NCBI GenBank assembly: GCA_002269645.1
Contig: NIVC01000436.1
Location: 372,001-436,000 of the forward strand
DNA length: 64,000 bases
DNA from: Macrostomum lignano
Lineage: Eukaryota
Direction of reading: 5' to 3'
Shown: piece by piece, positions 29,034-41,607 of the stretch
How the letters are laid out: every line of letters begins with the position of its first letter
Position numbering within the stretch: the first letter of the stretch is position 1
Translations under genes and position numbers: made by a program
The notes under the pieces: generated by a model
Database searches by the model: none
Told to the model about the DNA's origin: nothing
What the model saw: only the letters and a program-made list of their open reading frames with translations

Positions 29034-31582
29034 ATGCAGCTGCTTCTTGTCACCCTTGCTCTGGTGGCCGCCGGTGCCTCTGCTGAGCAGCTTCAGTGGA
29101 AAGACTGCGGTGAGTGTGTACCGACTGCATTGAGACCCATTGCAGTGCTGCTAGCCTCACTCAAAGGCTACTTGACTCACTCCAAGGCTACTAGACTCAC
29201 TCCAAGGCTACTAGACTCACTCCAAGGCTACTTGACTCACTCCAAGGCTACTAGACTCACTCCAAGGCTACTTGACTCACTCCAAGGCTACTAGACTCAA
29301 CCCAAGGCTGCTTGACTCACTCCAAGGCTACTAGACTAACTCCAAGGCTATTAGAGTCACTTTAAAGCTAATAAAGTCACTCCAAAGCTAATAGAGTCAT
29401 TCTGAAGCTAATAGAGTCGCTCCAAAGCTAATAGAGTCACTCCAAAAAGCTAATAGAGTCACTCCAAAGCTAATAGAGTCACTCCGAAGCTAAAAGAGTC
29501 ACTCCGAAGCTAATAGAGTCACTCCAATGCCAATAGAGCCACTCCAAAGCTAATAGAGTCACTGCAAAGCTAATAGAGTCACTCCAAAGCTAATAGAGTC
29601 ACTCCAAAGCTAATAGAGTTACTCTAAAGCTAATAGAGTCACTCCAAAGCTAATATAGTCACTCCGAAGCTAATAAAGTCGCTCCAAAGCTAATAGAGTC
29701 ACTCCGAAGCTAATAGAGTCACTCCGAAGCTAATAGAGTCACTCCAAAGCTAATAGAGTCACTCCAAAGCTAATAGAGTCACTCCGAAGCTAAAAGAGTC
29801 ACTCCGAAGCTAATAGAGTCACTCCAATGCCAATAGAGCCACTCCAAAGCTAATAGAGTCACTGCAAAGCTAATAGAGTCACTCCAAAGCTAATAGAGTC
29901 ACTCCAAAGCTAATAGAGTTACTCTAAAGCTAATAGAGTCACTCCAAAGCTAATATAGTCACTCCGAAGCTAATAAAGTCGCTCCAAAGCTAATAGAGTC
30001 ACTCCGAAGCTAATAGAGTCACTCCGAAGCTAATAGAGTCACTCCGAAGCTAATATAGTCACTCCGAAGCTAATAGAGTCACTGCGAAGCTAATAGAGTC
30101 ACTCCGAAGCTAATAGAGTCACTCCGAAGCTAATAGAGTCACTCCAAAGCTGGATCTCTTCAAGTCTATTAGAAGCACTACCACTGCATAAAAATGACTC
30201 CAACTCATTCCAGGCTCCTCCAGCGACATCGTGAAGATCACTGACTTCGGCATGCGCCCCTACCCGCCGATCGCTCAGAAGGGCTTCAACTTCCAGCTGT
30301 TCGTCAAGGGTCGCGTCAACAGGGACTTCGGCGAGGCCAAGATGAACCTGAAGCTGTCCCGCAAGGTCCTGGGCTTCTGGGTCCCGATCCCCTGCCTTGC
30401 TGGCTACGGTAGCTGCACCTACGACAACGGCTGCCAGCTGATGGACACCCTCCTCCGCGAGGCCTCCATCCCGGAGATCCCCGACGAGTGCCCTGGCATC
30501 CGCGCCCAGAATGTCGACATGGCCAACAGCATCACCCTGCCCGAGATTCCCGGCCCTCTGGCTTGGCTCGTGTCGGTAAGAGGAAATCTCCGCTCCAATG
30601 CTTGTAGTATAACTCTAATGTCTGCAGTATAACTCCAATGTCTGCAGTATAACTCCAATGTCTGCAGTATAACTCCAATGTCTGCAGTATAACTCCAATG
30701 TCTGTAGTATAACTCCAATGTCTGTAGTATAACTCCAATGTCTGCAGTATAACTCCAATGTCTGTAGTATAACTCCAATGTCTGCAGTATAACTCCAATG
30801 TCTGCAGTATAACTCCAATGTCTGCAGTATAACTCCAATGTCTGTAGTATAACTCCAATGTCTGTAGTATAACTCCAATGTCTGCAGTATAACTCCAATG
30901 TCTGCAGTATAACTCCAATGTCTGCAGTATAACTCCAATGTCTGCAGTATAACTCCAATGTCTGCAGTATAACTCCAATGTCTGTAGTATAACTCCAATG
31001 TCTGTAGTATAACTCCAATGTCTGTAGTATAACTCCAATGTCTGTAGAATAACTTTAAATTACAACGGCTCTAAATCGTCTTCTAAACAATCTAAAGCCA
31101 CTAGACTCACTCCAAAGCTACTTGACTCACTCCAAAGCTACTAGACTCACTCCAAAGCTACTTGACTCACTCCAAAGCTACTAGACTCACTCCAAAGCTA
31201 CTAGACTCACTCCAAAGCTACTAGACTCACTCCAAAGCTACTAGACTCACTACAAAGCTACTAGACTCACTCCAAAGCTACTAGACTCACCCCAAAGCTA
31301 CTAGACTCACTCCAGAGCTACTAGACTCACCCCAAAGCTACTAGACTCACTACAAAGCTACTAGACTCACTCCAAAGCTACTAGACTCACCCCAAAGCTA
31401 CTAGACTCACTCCAGAGCTACTAGACTCTGCCCGACTCACTCACTTAGCTGCCAGACTGCTACACAGAATAAAATGCCAATCAATTTCGCAGGGCACTTA
31501 CCGCGCCCGCGGCGAGGTGATCGAGAACGGCAGCAATGCCCGCGTGATCTGCATGGAGCTTGAGGGTCGCATTGAAGATTAA
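29034..31582 (+). CDS. GM2A: GM2-activator-like secreted lipid-binding protein (ML domain), 175 aa, 3 exons
   Basis: Exons 29034-29109, 30214-30575 and 31493-31582 are in phase. Signal peptide MQLLLVTLALVAAGASA; QWKDCG; FWVPIPCLAGYGSCTYDNGC; PGPLAWLVSGTYR...C. These match GM2A family motifs. The symbol denotes family, not strict orthology. Confidence 0.9.
29155..30150 (-). repeat. 20-bp satellite, reverse-complement variants of the 26544-28500 unit (GM2A intron 1)
   Basis: Units ACTCACTCCAAGGCTACTAG, then GAGTCACTCCAAAGCTAATA. Contains a 300-bp higher-order duplication. Confidence 0.95.
30601..31050. repeat. 20-bp minisatellite (TCTGCAGTATAACTCCAATG, about 22 copies), GM2A intron 2
   Basis: Tandem copies. 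Explains the ORFs at 30419-31038. Confidence 0.97.
31101..31427 (-). repeat. 20-bp satellite, exact reverse complement of the 26544-28500 unit (GM2A intron 2)
   Basis: CTAGACTCACTCCAAAGCTA, about 16 copies. Confidence 0.95.
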
Positions 31583-32686
31583 ATCGGTTTTAAGCGACTT
31601 GATCGTTTCGAGGTGATCGAGGTGGGTTGGACATGTCAATCGTAGTGGAGGCACATCTGATGGGAATAAACATTTTATCAATCAAAGAGGCTTAAATTTT
31701 GTACTGCCTTAAGTGTTTGTCGCAAGTAAATTGGAAGCTAAATAAACTTGACATGCTAACATCAACAAAGTGATTCTACAATACATTTTAAACTACTCAT
31801 AAATTTTGTTGTATTTATTTGTTAAACTCAATTTATTTAAAACTCTAATTCCTAATTAGAATATAGGTAGCGTACCCCGGTGATGCATTCTGTTCGCAAG
31901 CATGGACAACACTTGTAAATACACCTTTTCACCTTCAATTTTTATCAAAGTCCAGTTTTAAAAAAACTAGCAGAAATTCAACTCAGACAATTCAGACTGG
32001 GGACAATTTTGTCTATGGCTAAACCGTTCTTCGGTGGCAGAATGTTTAGAACTGGGTTTTGTTTTTATTGATTTTCCATAAGCGTTAATCGCTACTGATT
32101 AAGCTTAAGTAAGAAAGAAGCAGCAGACTGAAAACTGTAGCTTCTAGAACTGCTCCTTCAACTTCTGATGAGGCCCAAGAATATAAAATCCAAAGTGCTA
32201 CCATAGACACGTGACTCATGGCTTAGACATCAGTGTGCTGTAGTATAATATAAGTTAGACCAATAATTTCCTTGATAGCTTCCAATTGGTTGCTAAGCTC
32301 TGCTTCGTGCCTTGGAATATAGCAAGTCACATGACTTCTAAGACGGGGCGCTTCTCTGGTATTGGTTAAGGCTTCATTCAACTAAATGAAGTGCGGATTT
32401 AACACAATTTTTCCGCTGTAACCCTTTATACGAGGTAGACTCAAGTTGACTAGCTTCAAAAAATTCCTTTTTTCCAATCTTTATTTACGTTCAAACTGTA
32501 ATTAATTTAAATTCCGCTTCAATGATGGATAAAATCTGGGCTGACTTTCATTACATTTGCCACGCCCGCATGGTTGGCAAAAATTGAAAATTTCAACGCT
32601 TATTTTCATCCGTTTTTTATAACTTCATCAGCTAAATTAGTACTTAGTACTTTTAGCTTATCGAAGATCAGTTCGTGGGTGACATT

Positions 32687-33900
32687 GTCAGTGAGCCGTC
32701 TTGTTAGTTGATAATCTTGTCAGCGAGTCATCTTGTCAGTTGATGATCTTGTCAGTGAGTGTCATCTTGGCAGTTGATGATCTCGTCAGTGAGTCATCTT
32801 GTCAGTGAGTCATCTTGTCAGTGAGTCATCTTGTCAGTTGATGATCTTGTCAGTGAGTCATCTTGTCAGTTGATGATCTTGTCAGTGAGTCATCTTGTCA
32901 GTTGATGATCTTGTCAGTGAGTGTCATCTTGGCAGTTGATGATCTCGTCAGTGAGTCATCTTGGCAGTTGATGATCTCGTCAGTGAGTCATCTTGTCAGT
33001 TGATGATCTCGTCAGTTGATGATCTCGTCAGTGAGTCATCTTGTCAGTGAGTCATCTTGTCAGTTGATGATTTTGTCAGTGAGTCATCTTGTCAGTTGAT
33101 GATCTTGTCAGTGAGTCATCTTGTCAGTTGATGATCTCGTCAGTGAGTCATCTTGTCAGTGAGTCATCTTGTCAGTTGATGATCTTGTCAGTGAGTCATC
33201 TTGTCAGTTGATGATCTTGTCAGTGAGTCATCTTGTCAGTTGATGATCTTGTCAGTGAGTGTCATCTTGTTAGTTGATGATCTCGTCAGTGAGTCATCTT
33301 GTCAGTGAGTCATCTTGTCAGTTGATGATCTTGTCAGCGAGCCGTCTTTTCAGTTGATGATCTTGTCAGTGAGTGTCATCTTGTTAGTTGATGATCTCGT
33401 CAGTGAGTCATCTTGGTAGTTGATAATCTTGTCAGTGAGTTATCTTGTCAGTTGATGATCTTGTCAGCGAGCCGTCTTGTTAGTTGATAATCTTGTCAGT
33501 GAGTGTCATCTTGGCAGTTGATGATCTCGTCAGTGAGTCATTTTGTCAGTGAGTCATCTTGTCAGTGAGTCATCTTGTCAGTGAGTCATCTTGTCAGTTG
33601 ATGATCTTGTCAGCGAGCCGTCTTGTTAGTTGATAATCTTGTCAGTGAGTCATCTTGGCAGTTGATGATCTTGTCAGTGAGTCATTTTGTCAGTGAGTCA
33701 TCTTGTCAGTGAGTCATCTTGTCAGTGAGTCATCTCGTCAGTGAGTCATCTTGTCAGTGAGTCATCTTGTCAGTGAGTTATCTTGTCAGTGAGTCATCTT
33801 GTCAGTGAGTCATCTTGTCAGAGGGTCATCTTGTCAGTGAGTCAGTGAGTGACTCGTCATATAGCTCGCTTACATGGCGGGTGAGTCAGTGAGTCATCTG
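32687..33900. repeat. 16-bp two-variant satellite (GTCAGTGAGTCATCTT / GTCAGTTGATGATCTT)
   Basis: About 70 tandem units seen directly. Confidence 0.97.
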
Positions 33901-35110
33901 GTTGCAGATCCACTCATTAGGGTGGTTAGATAATCGCTATATGAACCAAGTAATAGCGCAAAAAGCGGCAAAAAAGCTTACGCAAAGGAACTGAGCAAGG
34001 ATATAGTCTAATAGAAAAGTAGCCACATATATAGACGCTCCCATAATCTTGTTGTTGCTCTCAATTCTGACAGATTGTCAATCAGCCGCGGCGGCGGCGA
34101 GCAAGGAAAGAAAAGTTTTCACTTCTTCTCTTCATCTTCTTATTTTCCTCGAGTGCTCCCAGGAAGAAAAAATTAGAATAGCTGGAGGAACGGCGGGCAT
34201 CGGAGCTCTCTGATTTGGCTTGTCCGAGTCGATTTTTCTGCTGCCAGGGAGGAAGAGGGGGGAGAGAACAGAGCGATCGACTTGGTTCAAATTGGCTTCG
34301 AAGCCCCATAGGAGCTTACGCGCCAAAAGGCCTTTTCTCTAGCTAATGGACTAGTTTTTCCCTTAGCTCTACTGTTACAATACATTTCAAGTACTTCTCT
34401 TGTTGCTGGGGGGGGGGGAAGGAAGCTCCTCGCCCGAAGCGTCGAAGCGGCCCTCAAGGGTAAAACAAGAGCGAATTTTCTGCTTGTGATTTAATTCCTA
34501 CGTCACGACATGGTCAAGCCTGTCTCGAGTCAGTACAGCAGATCGACTGACGGACTGACTCATCTCGCACCTATTTTTAAATATTTTCTTTGTCAAAGCC
34601 TCTGTTTACCTACGAGTATCTGTTTTTGATACTTGATTAATTTGATAGGTAATATTGAGATGTTTGAGATGTAAATTCGTTTCTGAGAAAATCAAGGGCT
34701 GACTTTATATTGAACTTACGCCATATGTTAGTTAAAGCGATAAAGTTTTTTAGGGAATACAATTTGACGTTTTGATTCATTCTTTGATTCCTATCTCGGT
34801 GGTGTATATTTTTCTGGAAAAAGCATGCAGCCTTCAAAGATTTTCTAAGAAATAATCCGTCCTGTGCATCTACTTAAAAGTCGTCCTTGCAGGACACGAC
34901 GCGTCAACAGCCAATGGCGATTCGCGGTTAAAGCCCACCAACCAGGGCTGAAATCTCCGCTAGCCTGCTTGCCTCTAACGAACTCTGTATAAAGAAGCGA
35001 CGACTGCAGAAGCTGCAGAGCGTGGCGCTAATAAATTTACGCATAAGCAACTGGCAATCTTGAATCTTCTCTATCTTATTAAGTTTTGATAAGCGGCACG
35101 GCGGCACATC

Positions 35111-36912
35111 ATGTCTGGTTTATCTGGCATAGGCCTACTAATCTACAACGCAGCCCTAGGATCAGTGTTCGCTGTTGGTCTCCTTGGCAACTGCCTAGTG
35201 ATCGGGGTGATCTTACGCCAACGCTCCGGTACTCGATCGCCAACGAGTATCTACCTGGCTAATTTAGCTCTGGCCGATGCTCTGCACCTGTTGTCGATAC
35301 CGCCTCTGATTCATACGTCCATCGCGAACTACTGGGCTTGGTCAGAGCTGGCCTGCAAGGTGTATTACCTACTGTTCTACATGAACTCCACCATGTCAGT
35401 TTATATCATCACTGCTATGAGCTTCGATCGCTATAAAGCAGTCGTGTCGCCATTCACTTCGGCCGGCTTGCGTAACAAACGATTTGCCAGCATCATTCTC
35501 GTCGCCCTGTGGATCATTGGAGCCCTGGTGATCAGCCCCGTCTGCTTGTATGCTCATATTGATGAGCTGTACAACGCCACGCACTGCACGCATTCACAGG
35601 TAAGAATTGGACACAGCTAAAGGGACACAGGCGCGTCGAATGGTACAATATAATTAATACGACTCTGTGAGGTATTCAACCAAACATATTTGATCAAGAA
35701 CCTTTCGAATGAAGCAGTAAACGTGATCAGTAAACTCAGTAACGCCAGAAACACACAGTCAGTAACGCCAGTAACACACAATGAGTAACGCCAGTAACAC
35801 ACAGTCAGTAACGCCAGTAACACACAGTCAGTAACGCCAGTAACACACAGTCCGTAACGCCAGTAACACACAGTCCGTAACGCCAGTAACACACAGTCAG
35901 TAACGCCAGTAACACACAGCCAGTAAAGTGTTCAGTTTCGTAACATAGTCACTAATGTGTGAAGTAACCATGAGCATAAATGTCTTTGTGTCAACCACTT
36001 TGACACAAAATTGACAAAAATACAACAGTTTGAACACATTTATAGAAAACAAAACTCGTCTCTAATGCTCCATTCTACCAGTGTTTTCACAGCTGTCTCA
36101 CAATTTCTCTCGCACAGATGCCACCGATGGAGGACGCCAACGAGACGGAGCCGGTGCCAGACGATCTGTCCGACATGATGCGCAGCTTTTTCACGCATCC
36201 AGCCTACTTCATTCGCTACATTTTTGTCACCGGCTGCGTGCTGCCCGGCCTAATGCTGATCTGCTTCTACTCGCTGATTGTGCACAAGCTCTACATGATG
36301 AAGCTCGCCAGGAACTCCAGCGGTCAGGCCCGACAGAGATTCGAGAAGGTCACCTTGCTTGTTGGAGCCGTTGTCGCTTTCTACGTTGTCTGTTGCCTGC
36401 CTCACTGGGTGCACGTGAACGTGAGCCTGAGCGTGAGCGGCCACTCCTACTGGCTGGTGGTCAGCTCCCACATCACCGCCCTGCTCGGCTACGTCAGCAG
36501 CGCCGGAAATCCCGTGCTCTACGCCTTTTTAAACGACCCGTTTCGAGCGTCACTACGTGAGTTTCTCGGCATCAACGGGCCGGCCGGCGCTGGTGGCGCT
36601 GGCGGAGCGCTGGGCGCTGCCGGCGCTGGCGGCGCTGCTGGCGGAGCTGCCGGTGCAGCGGCTGTAGCCGGCGGCGCAGCCGGAGCGGCAGACGGGCTGA
36701 TTTCGGGCACCGGCGGGGCTGCCGACGCGGAGGCCGTCGCCACCACCCGGCAGCTGTTGAGTGGCAGCGTCGGAACCGGCGGCATCTTCGGCGGTGGAGC
36801 TGTCGTTGTTGGCGGCGGTGGCGGCGAGGGATCTCCAACGATGGGCCTGACGACCTACAATGTCACCTCTATGGAGAGTCAAGAGCACGGACAGGAACAG
36901 TCGGCTGTGTAA
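35111..36912 (+). CDS. Class A (rhodopsin-like) peptide GPCR, somatostatin/allatostatin-C/opioid-receptor-like; 427 aa, 2 exons
   Basis: Exons 35111-35599 and 36118-36912. GN in TM1, NLALAD in TM2, DRY, LW in TM4, P in TM5, LP in TM6, NPVLY in TM7. Gly/Ala-rich tail. An additional upstream exon is possible. Confidence 0.92.
35737..35925. repeat. 23-bp minisatellite (CAGTAACGCCAGTAACACACAGT) in the GPCR intron
   Basis: About 8 tandem copies. Confidence 0.92.
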
Positions 36913-38493
36913 ATTTGAGAGCTAGCCAGTAACCATCAGCAAACCATAAGCAGGTTTTCGTCGATAAGCCACGAAGTTAGCCTTCTGTTTTCTGCCCGCG
37001 AAGACTACGAGCGGGGTGGACCTACATGTAGGTAGTTTGCTTAGTCACAGCGTAGGTTTTTTAAATCTTCGAATGCACCTATAAACTTATGTATATTTAA
37101 GCGTTTGTGATGAGATTGTATAAACTTGAAAACAAGCGGAATTTCGCCATAAGTATGGCTCCAGTACTCAGTCTGTCAGGCCTAATGAGGAGAAAAACAA
37201 TCTATGTCAAAATTTACTTAGTTTTATTAGTTATCAGAGTGTGAGTTTACTGTTGCTTGCAACTACATTTGTGTTTCTTCTCTGCTTCGTAACTTATCCA
37301 ACAGAGATCCCTTGAGCTCGTATTCGGCAAGCGCAATTCCCTTTTTTATTTCTCTTACGAGTAAACTTGGAATTTATTTTTTGACTGTACTGCCCCCAAT
37401 TTTTGTTTATTTTCGTATTGTTTCCCGTGTCCTATGTCCTGGTAATCCCGTGTCCTAGCTCTAATTACCAGTTTATTTACCTGAAACCCTGTCCAAAAAC
37501 GAGCTTATGTCGAACTTTAGTGACACTCTGTGTGTATTTATCATAACCCAAAAGTTTAAATTGATTTCAATGACGATATCGTAGTCTGTAAAGTTTGTCC
37601 TCGTGTTGTGCAATTTCTAATTTTAACGAATTACTTTTTTTGTTATAATCAGTTTGCATAACTGTCTCTATTATTGTAATATCTCTGTTGTTTCGTATTA
37701 CTTTGTTTTACTAAGTCATTCAAATTTGTGTTACTAAAATGTTGCAAAATATATTGTTGTTAAGACTCGAAGACTCGTTACCTTTGGGTATTTCCTTTAC
37801 TAAACACCTATCAGGCAAATTCGTCAATGTAGAGTTTACCGCTGTTTCAATGTTTGCTTCGTTAAGCTACAGCTTTAAAAGAAGGAGGTTTCGATGAACA
37901 CATGGACGTTATCTTCACAGTACCTACGGTAGATTTTCTACGAAACTTTCTACTGTCAAATCCCCGCTGCTCCTGCCTTAACGCTGCTTACCCACTCTTT
38001 GGGAGCGAAGTCAAAACAAGTCGTGGCATCGTGGCAAAAAGGCACAGTTAAAAGCCTCTGGATACCCGGAAAGATTTGCAGGCAGGCGCAAACGTCTGCA
38101 AGATTTAACAGGACTGGCACACTTTGCCCAGCGACAAGAAAGCCTAAAAGTGCAAGATTTGCCGTTCTGCAATGGGAAGGACAGAATTTACGCTCGTAGC
38201 CTTGACGTCGCCTGGTTGGACAAGACTTCCGAATGCTTCATTTAGTTGGCTCTCCGAATTCCGACCGCTAAAGTAGCGTGACGCTGCACTTGGATATCGT
38301 GTAAAAGTTACTGCAAAATGAAGTGACGAGATAGGAAGTTTTTTTTAATTTTTCTCACTCAATAGAAGATATCAATCAAATTTAGCCTGAACACGTTGTG
38401 CCTAGTTTTATTCATAAATTTGTTTGGACAAGTTCAAAAAACAAAGACGCACTGACGATACGATAAATACCCGTTCGTTACCGGCCTTTAGAT

Positions 38494-38690
38494 CGTTTCT
38501 AAGAAAATCTAGTCTAGCGTCCTTATACTTCAGCTGTCCAGCTCGTTTCTAAGAAAACCCAGTCTAGCGTCCTTTTACTTAAGCTGTCCAGCTCGTTTCT
38601 AAGAAAACCCAGTCTAGCGTCCTTTTACTTAAGCTGTCCGGCTCGTTTCTAAGAAAACCCAGTCTAGCGTCCTTTTACTTCAGCTGTCCA
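38494..38690. repeat. 50-bp tandem repeat, 4 copies (CGTTTCTAAGAAAACCCAGTCTAGCGTCCTTTTACTTAAGCTGTCCAGCT)
   Basis: Copies start at 38494, 38544, 38594 and 38644. Confidence 0.92.
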
Positions 38691-39334
38691 TGTCTCGTAA
38701 ACACTCGCGAGCACTCTCAAACAAGGCCTCAAACCCCGGATGATGCAATTTGCCCTAGTTCCTGCCCCAGACTCGTCAGAGTGAAACCTATAAAAAGATA
38801 TTTATCTAGTCTAGGCGCCAAGATTTCGACGCTAGATAATAAGCGAGAGAGGACTTTTGTTCGATGGCGATCCCCACGGGAGCCGACGGACAATCTGGTC
38901 GCCCTCGGCTCCGATCCTCGGCTCGCACTACCAAATTCCCCAAAGAGGGGGGGTATGGGGCAGGCCCGAACAGATCAAGTCTTCCCAATTCTAACCTTCA
39001 GGAAGAAGGAATGAGACCGCTGGAGCTCATGCAGAGAGAGGGAAATATGAGAGAAGAATTCGAATAGTTACGAATGAAAATTTTCGCCCTTGAGCGGCCA
39101 GTTATAGAGATGCTAGGCTGAGATTGAGATTGGGATTATATAGAATAGTTCGCATCGGATCCCAGCCCTGTCCGTTTAGGGAAGTTTCTGTAGGAAACCA
39201 AGGCTCTGTTTAATCAAAAGTCAAGCTCATAACACTTATTTTCTGATCTTCTAGGTGTAATTTAGTTCTCTTTCTAGTTGCGCAAACAATTTATATTTTT
39301 AGTTGGCAACAAATTTAGTTAAATTAGGCAACTA

Positions 39335-40085
39335 TCAATTCCACCCTACCCAACTCCACCCTACCCAAATCCACCCTACCCAACTCCACCCTACCCAAAT
39401 CCACCCTACCCAACTCCACCCTACCCAACATTACCCTACCCAAATCCACCCTACCCAATTCCACCCTACTCAAATCTACCCTACTCAACTCTACCCTACC
39501 CAACTCTACCCTACCCAAATCCACCCTACCCAACTCCACCCTACCCAAATCCACCCTACCCAACTCTACCCTACCCAACTCCACCCTACCCAAATCCACC
39601 CTACCCAACTCCACCCTACCCAAATCCACCCTACCCAACTCTACCCTACCCAACTCCACCCTACCCAAATCCACCCTACCCAACTCTACCCTACCCAAAT
39701 CCACCCTACCCAAATCCACCCTACCCAACTCTACCCTACCCAAATCCACCCTACCCAACTCCACCCTACCCAACTCCACCCTACCCAACTCCACCCGACC
39801 CAATCCACAATACCCAACCCACCCTACCCAACTCCACCCTTCCCAATCCACAATACCCAACCCACCCTACCTACTCTATCCTACACAACTCCACCCTACC
39901 CAACTCTACCCTACCCAACTCTACCCTACCCAACTTTACCCTACCCAACTCCACCGTACCCAATCCACAATACCCAACCCACCCTACCCAACTCCACCCT
40001 ACCCAACTTTACCATACGCAACTCCACCCTACCCAACTTTACCCTACGCAACTCCACCCTACCCAACTTTACGCTGCGCAACTCC
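39335..40085. repeat. 15-bp minisatellite (CCACCCTACCCAACT/AAT)
   Basis: About 50 copies. Explains the HPTQ and GRVEL ORFs. Confidence 0.95.
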
Positions 40086-40639
40086 AGCCCTTACCTAAAA
40101 ATCAAAATTGCTTCAATACAGCATTTATCCCAAAATAATCCCTCTTATTCTAGAAATAATAAATCCCAGGCTTTAGGTACAGTTCTGCGCAATTCACTCA
40201 GACATCGTGAATTCTCTCTCCGATCCAACTCCCTCATCCATTTTACTTTCCATCTCTCCCGCAAACTACTCTCTCCTTCCTTAGTCCAGTCTTTAATTTG
40301 TACTTTTTTGCTGGGATATTTTCCTGCCAGAGACTGACCGTCCAGCAATCGGATATTCAACGTTGGGGTCAATTTAGCCAATGCACAGCACAGGCAAGAG
40401 GGTAATTAGTTCAGTGTACGCATTTAGGAGGAAAAGAGCCATCAAGAGTCCAAGGACAGCGGCCGAACACAGTTTATAAGCAATAGAAGGTATCTTTCGT
40501 TCTTATTTATCCCAGCTACATATCCTACAGCTAATCTTTTAGAGTAAAGCTGATTTTGTAAAATATTTTGACAACGCATTGTTTGTTGGCTATATGCATT
40601 GGGATTATCATTATTCTTGTGCTGCATCAAACCTGAACG

Positions 40640-41130
40640 TGAGTCAGTCTCCCAGTCACTATCCCAGTCACTCTTCCAGTGACTCTGCCAGCTACTCTTC
40701 CAGTCACTCTCCCAGTGACTCTTCCAGTGACTCTGCCACCTACTCTGCCAGTCACTCTTCCAGTCACTCTCCCAGTCACACTTCCAGTCACTCTCCCAGT
40801 CACTCTTCCAGTCACTCTTCCAGTCACTCTTCCAGTGACTCTGCCAGCTACTCTCCCAGTCACTATCCCAGTCACTCTCCCAGTCACTCTTCCAGTGACT
40901 CTGCCAGCTACTCTCCCAGTCACTATCCCAGTCACTCTCCCAGTCACTCTTCCAGTGACTCTGCCAGCTACTCTCCCAGTCACTATCCCAGTCACTCTCA
41001 CAGTCACTCTTCCAGTGACTCTGCCAGCTACTCTCCCAGTCACTATCCCAGTCACTCTCCCAGTCACTCTCCCAGTCACTCTCTCAGTCAGTCTCTCAGT
41101 CAGTCTCCCAGTCACTCTCCCAGTCACTCA
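40640..41130. repeat. 12-bp minisatellite (CAGTCACTCTCC) with a 60-bp higher-order period
   Basis: Lines 40861, 40921, 40981 are near identical. Confidence 0.95.
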
Positions 41131-41607
41131 GCCCCTTACTGTTTGCCATCTTGGCTCACCAGAGAATTGACTGCTTCAATATAATTCCCATCACCTCTCT
41201 CTAATCATCCGCCTGCAGTTCTCCCTTCCCTCCCAGAGGGCAAATCAGCAAAAAGGGGATTAGCAGGCCATCCTCCCCGAATATGTTGTCAGCTTCCTCA
41301 TTTCCGCTTGTGCCCACCATCCATCTCATATTTTTCATCTCCCAGACCTGACCGCGATGACGATGACGGGCAAGGCAATGCATTATTAAATTATAAATGA
41401 CAGATTAAAGTAGCGGTCGCCATAGCATGGGGTTTCAGATTTGGTGGGGGGGTTCTGTCGGGATAGGGGAGGATAACGAAATCCTGAGCAAGGAAGTTTG
41501 CGGGGTTAGGTGGGCAGAGTTATTGCTGTAATATAAAGTAAATACTTGCGAAAAAAACAACAGGATTTTTTTATCGATTTCATTGCTATATTTGATACCA
41601 ATTTAAA

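Noticed and set aside
30419-31038. MELYCRHWSYT-repeat ORFs
   Set aside because: 20-bp minisatellite inside GM2A intron 2.
26544-33900. Possible CRISPR-like arrays
   Set aside because: Units are directly adjacent with no unique spacers; eukaryotic context and no cas genes.
39303-41184. HPTQ-, GRVEL-, SHSP- and TLPV-repeat ORFs resembling mucin or adhesive proteins
   Set aside because: Several frames and both strands are open over 15-bp and 12-bp minisatellites; no signal peptide or splice support.
41201-41383. GNEEAD motif resembling the RNase H C-terminal motif
   Set aside because: Isolated 6-aa match without the preceding WxxxH or other catalytic residues.
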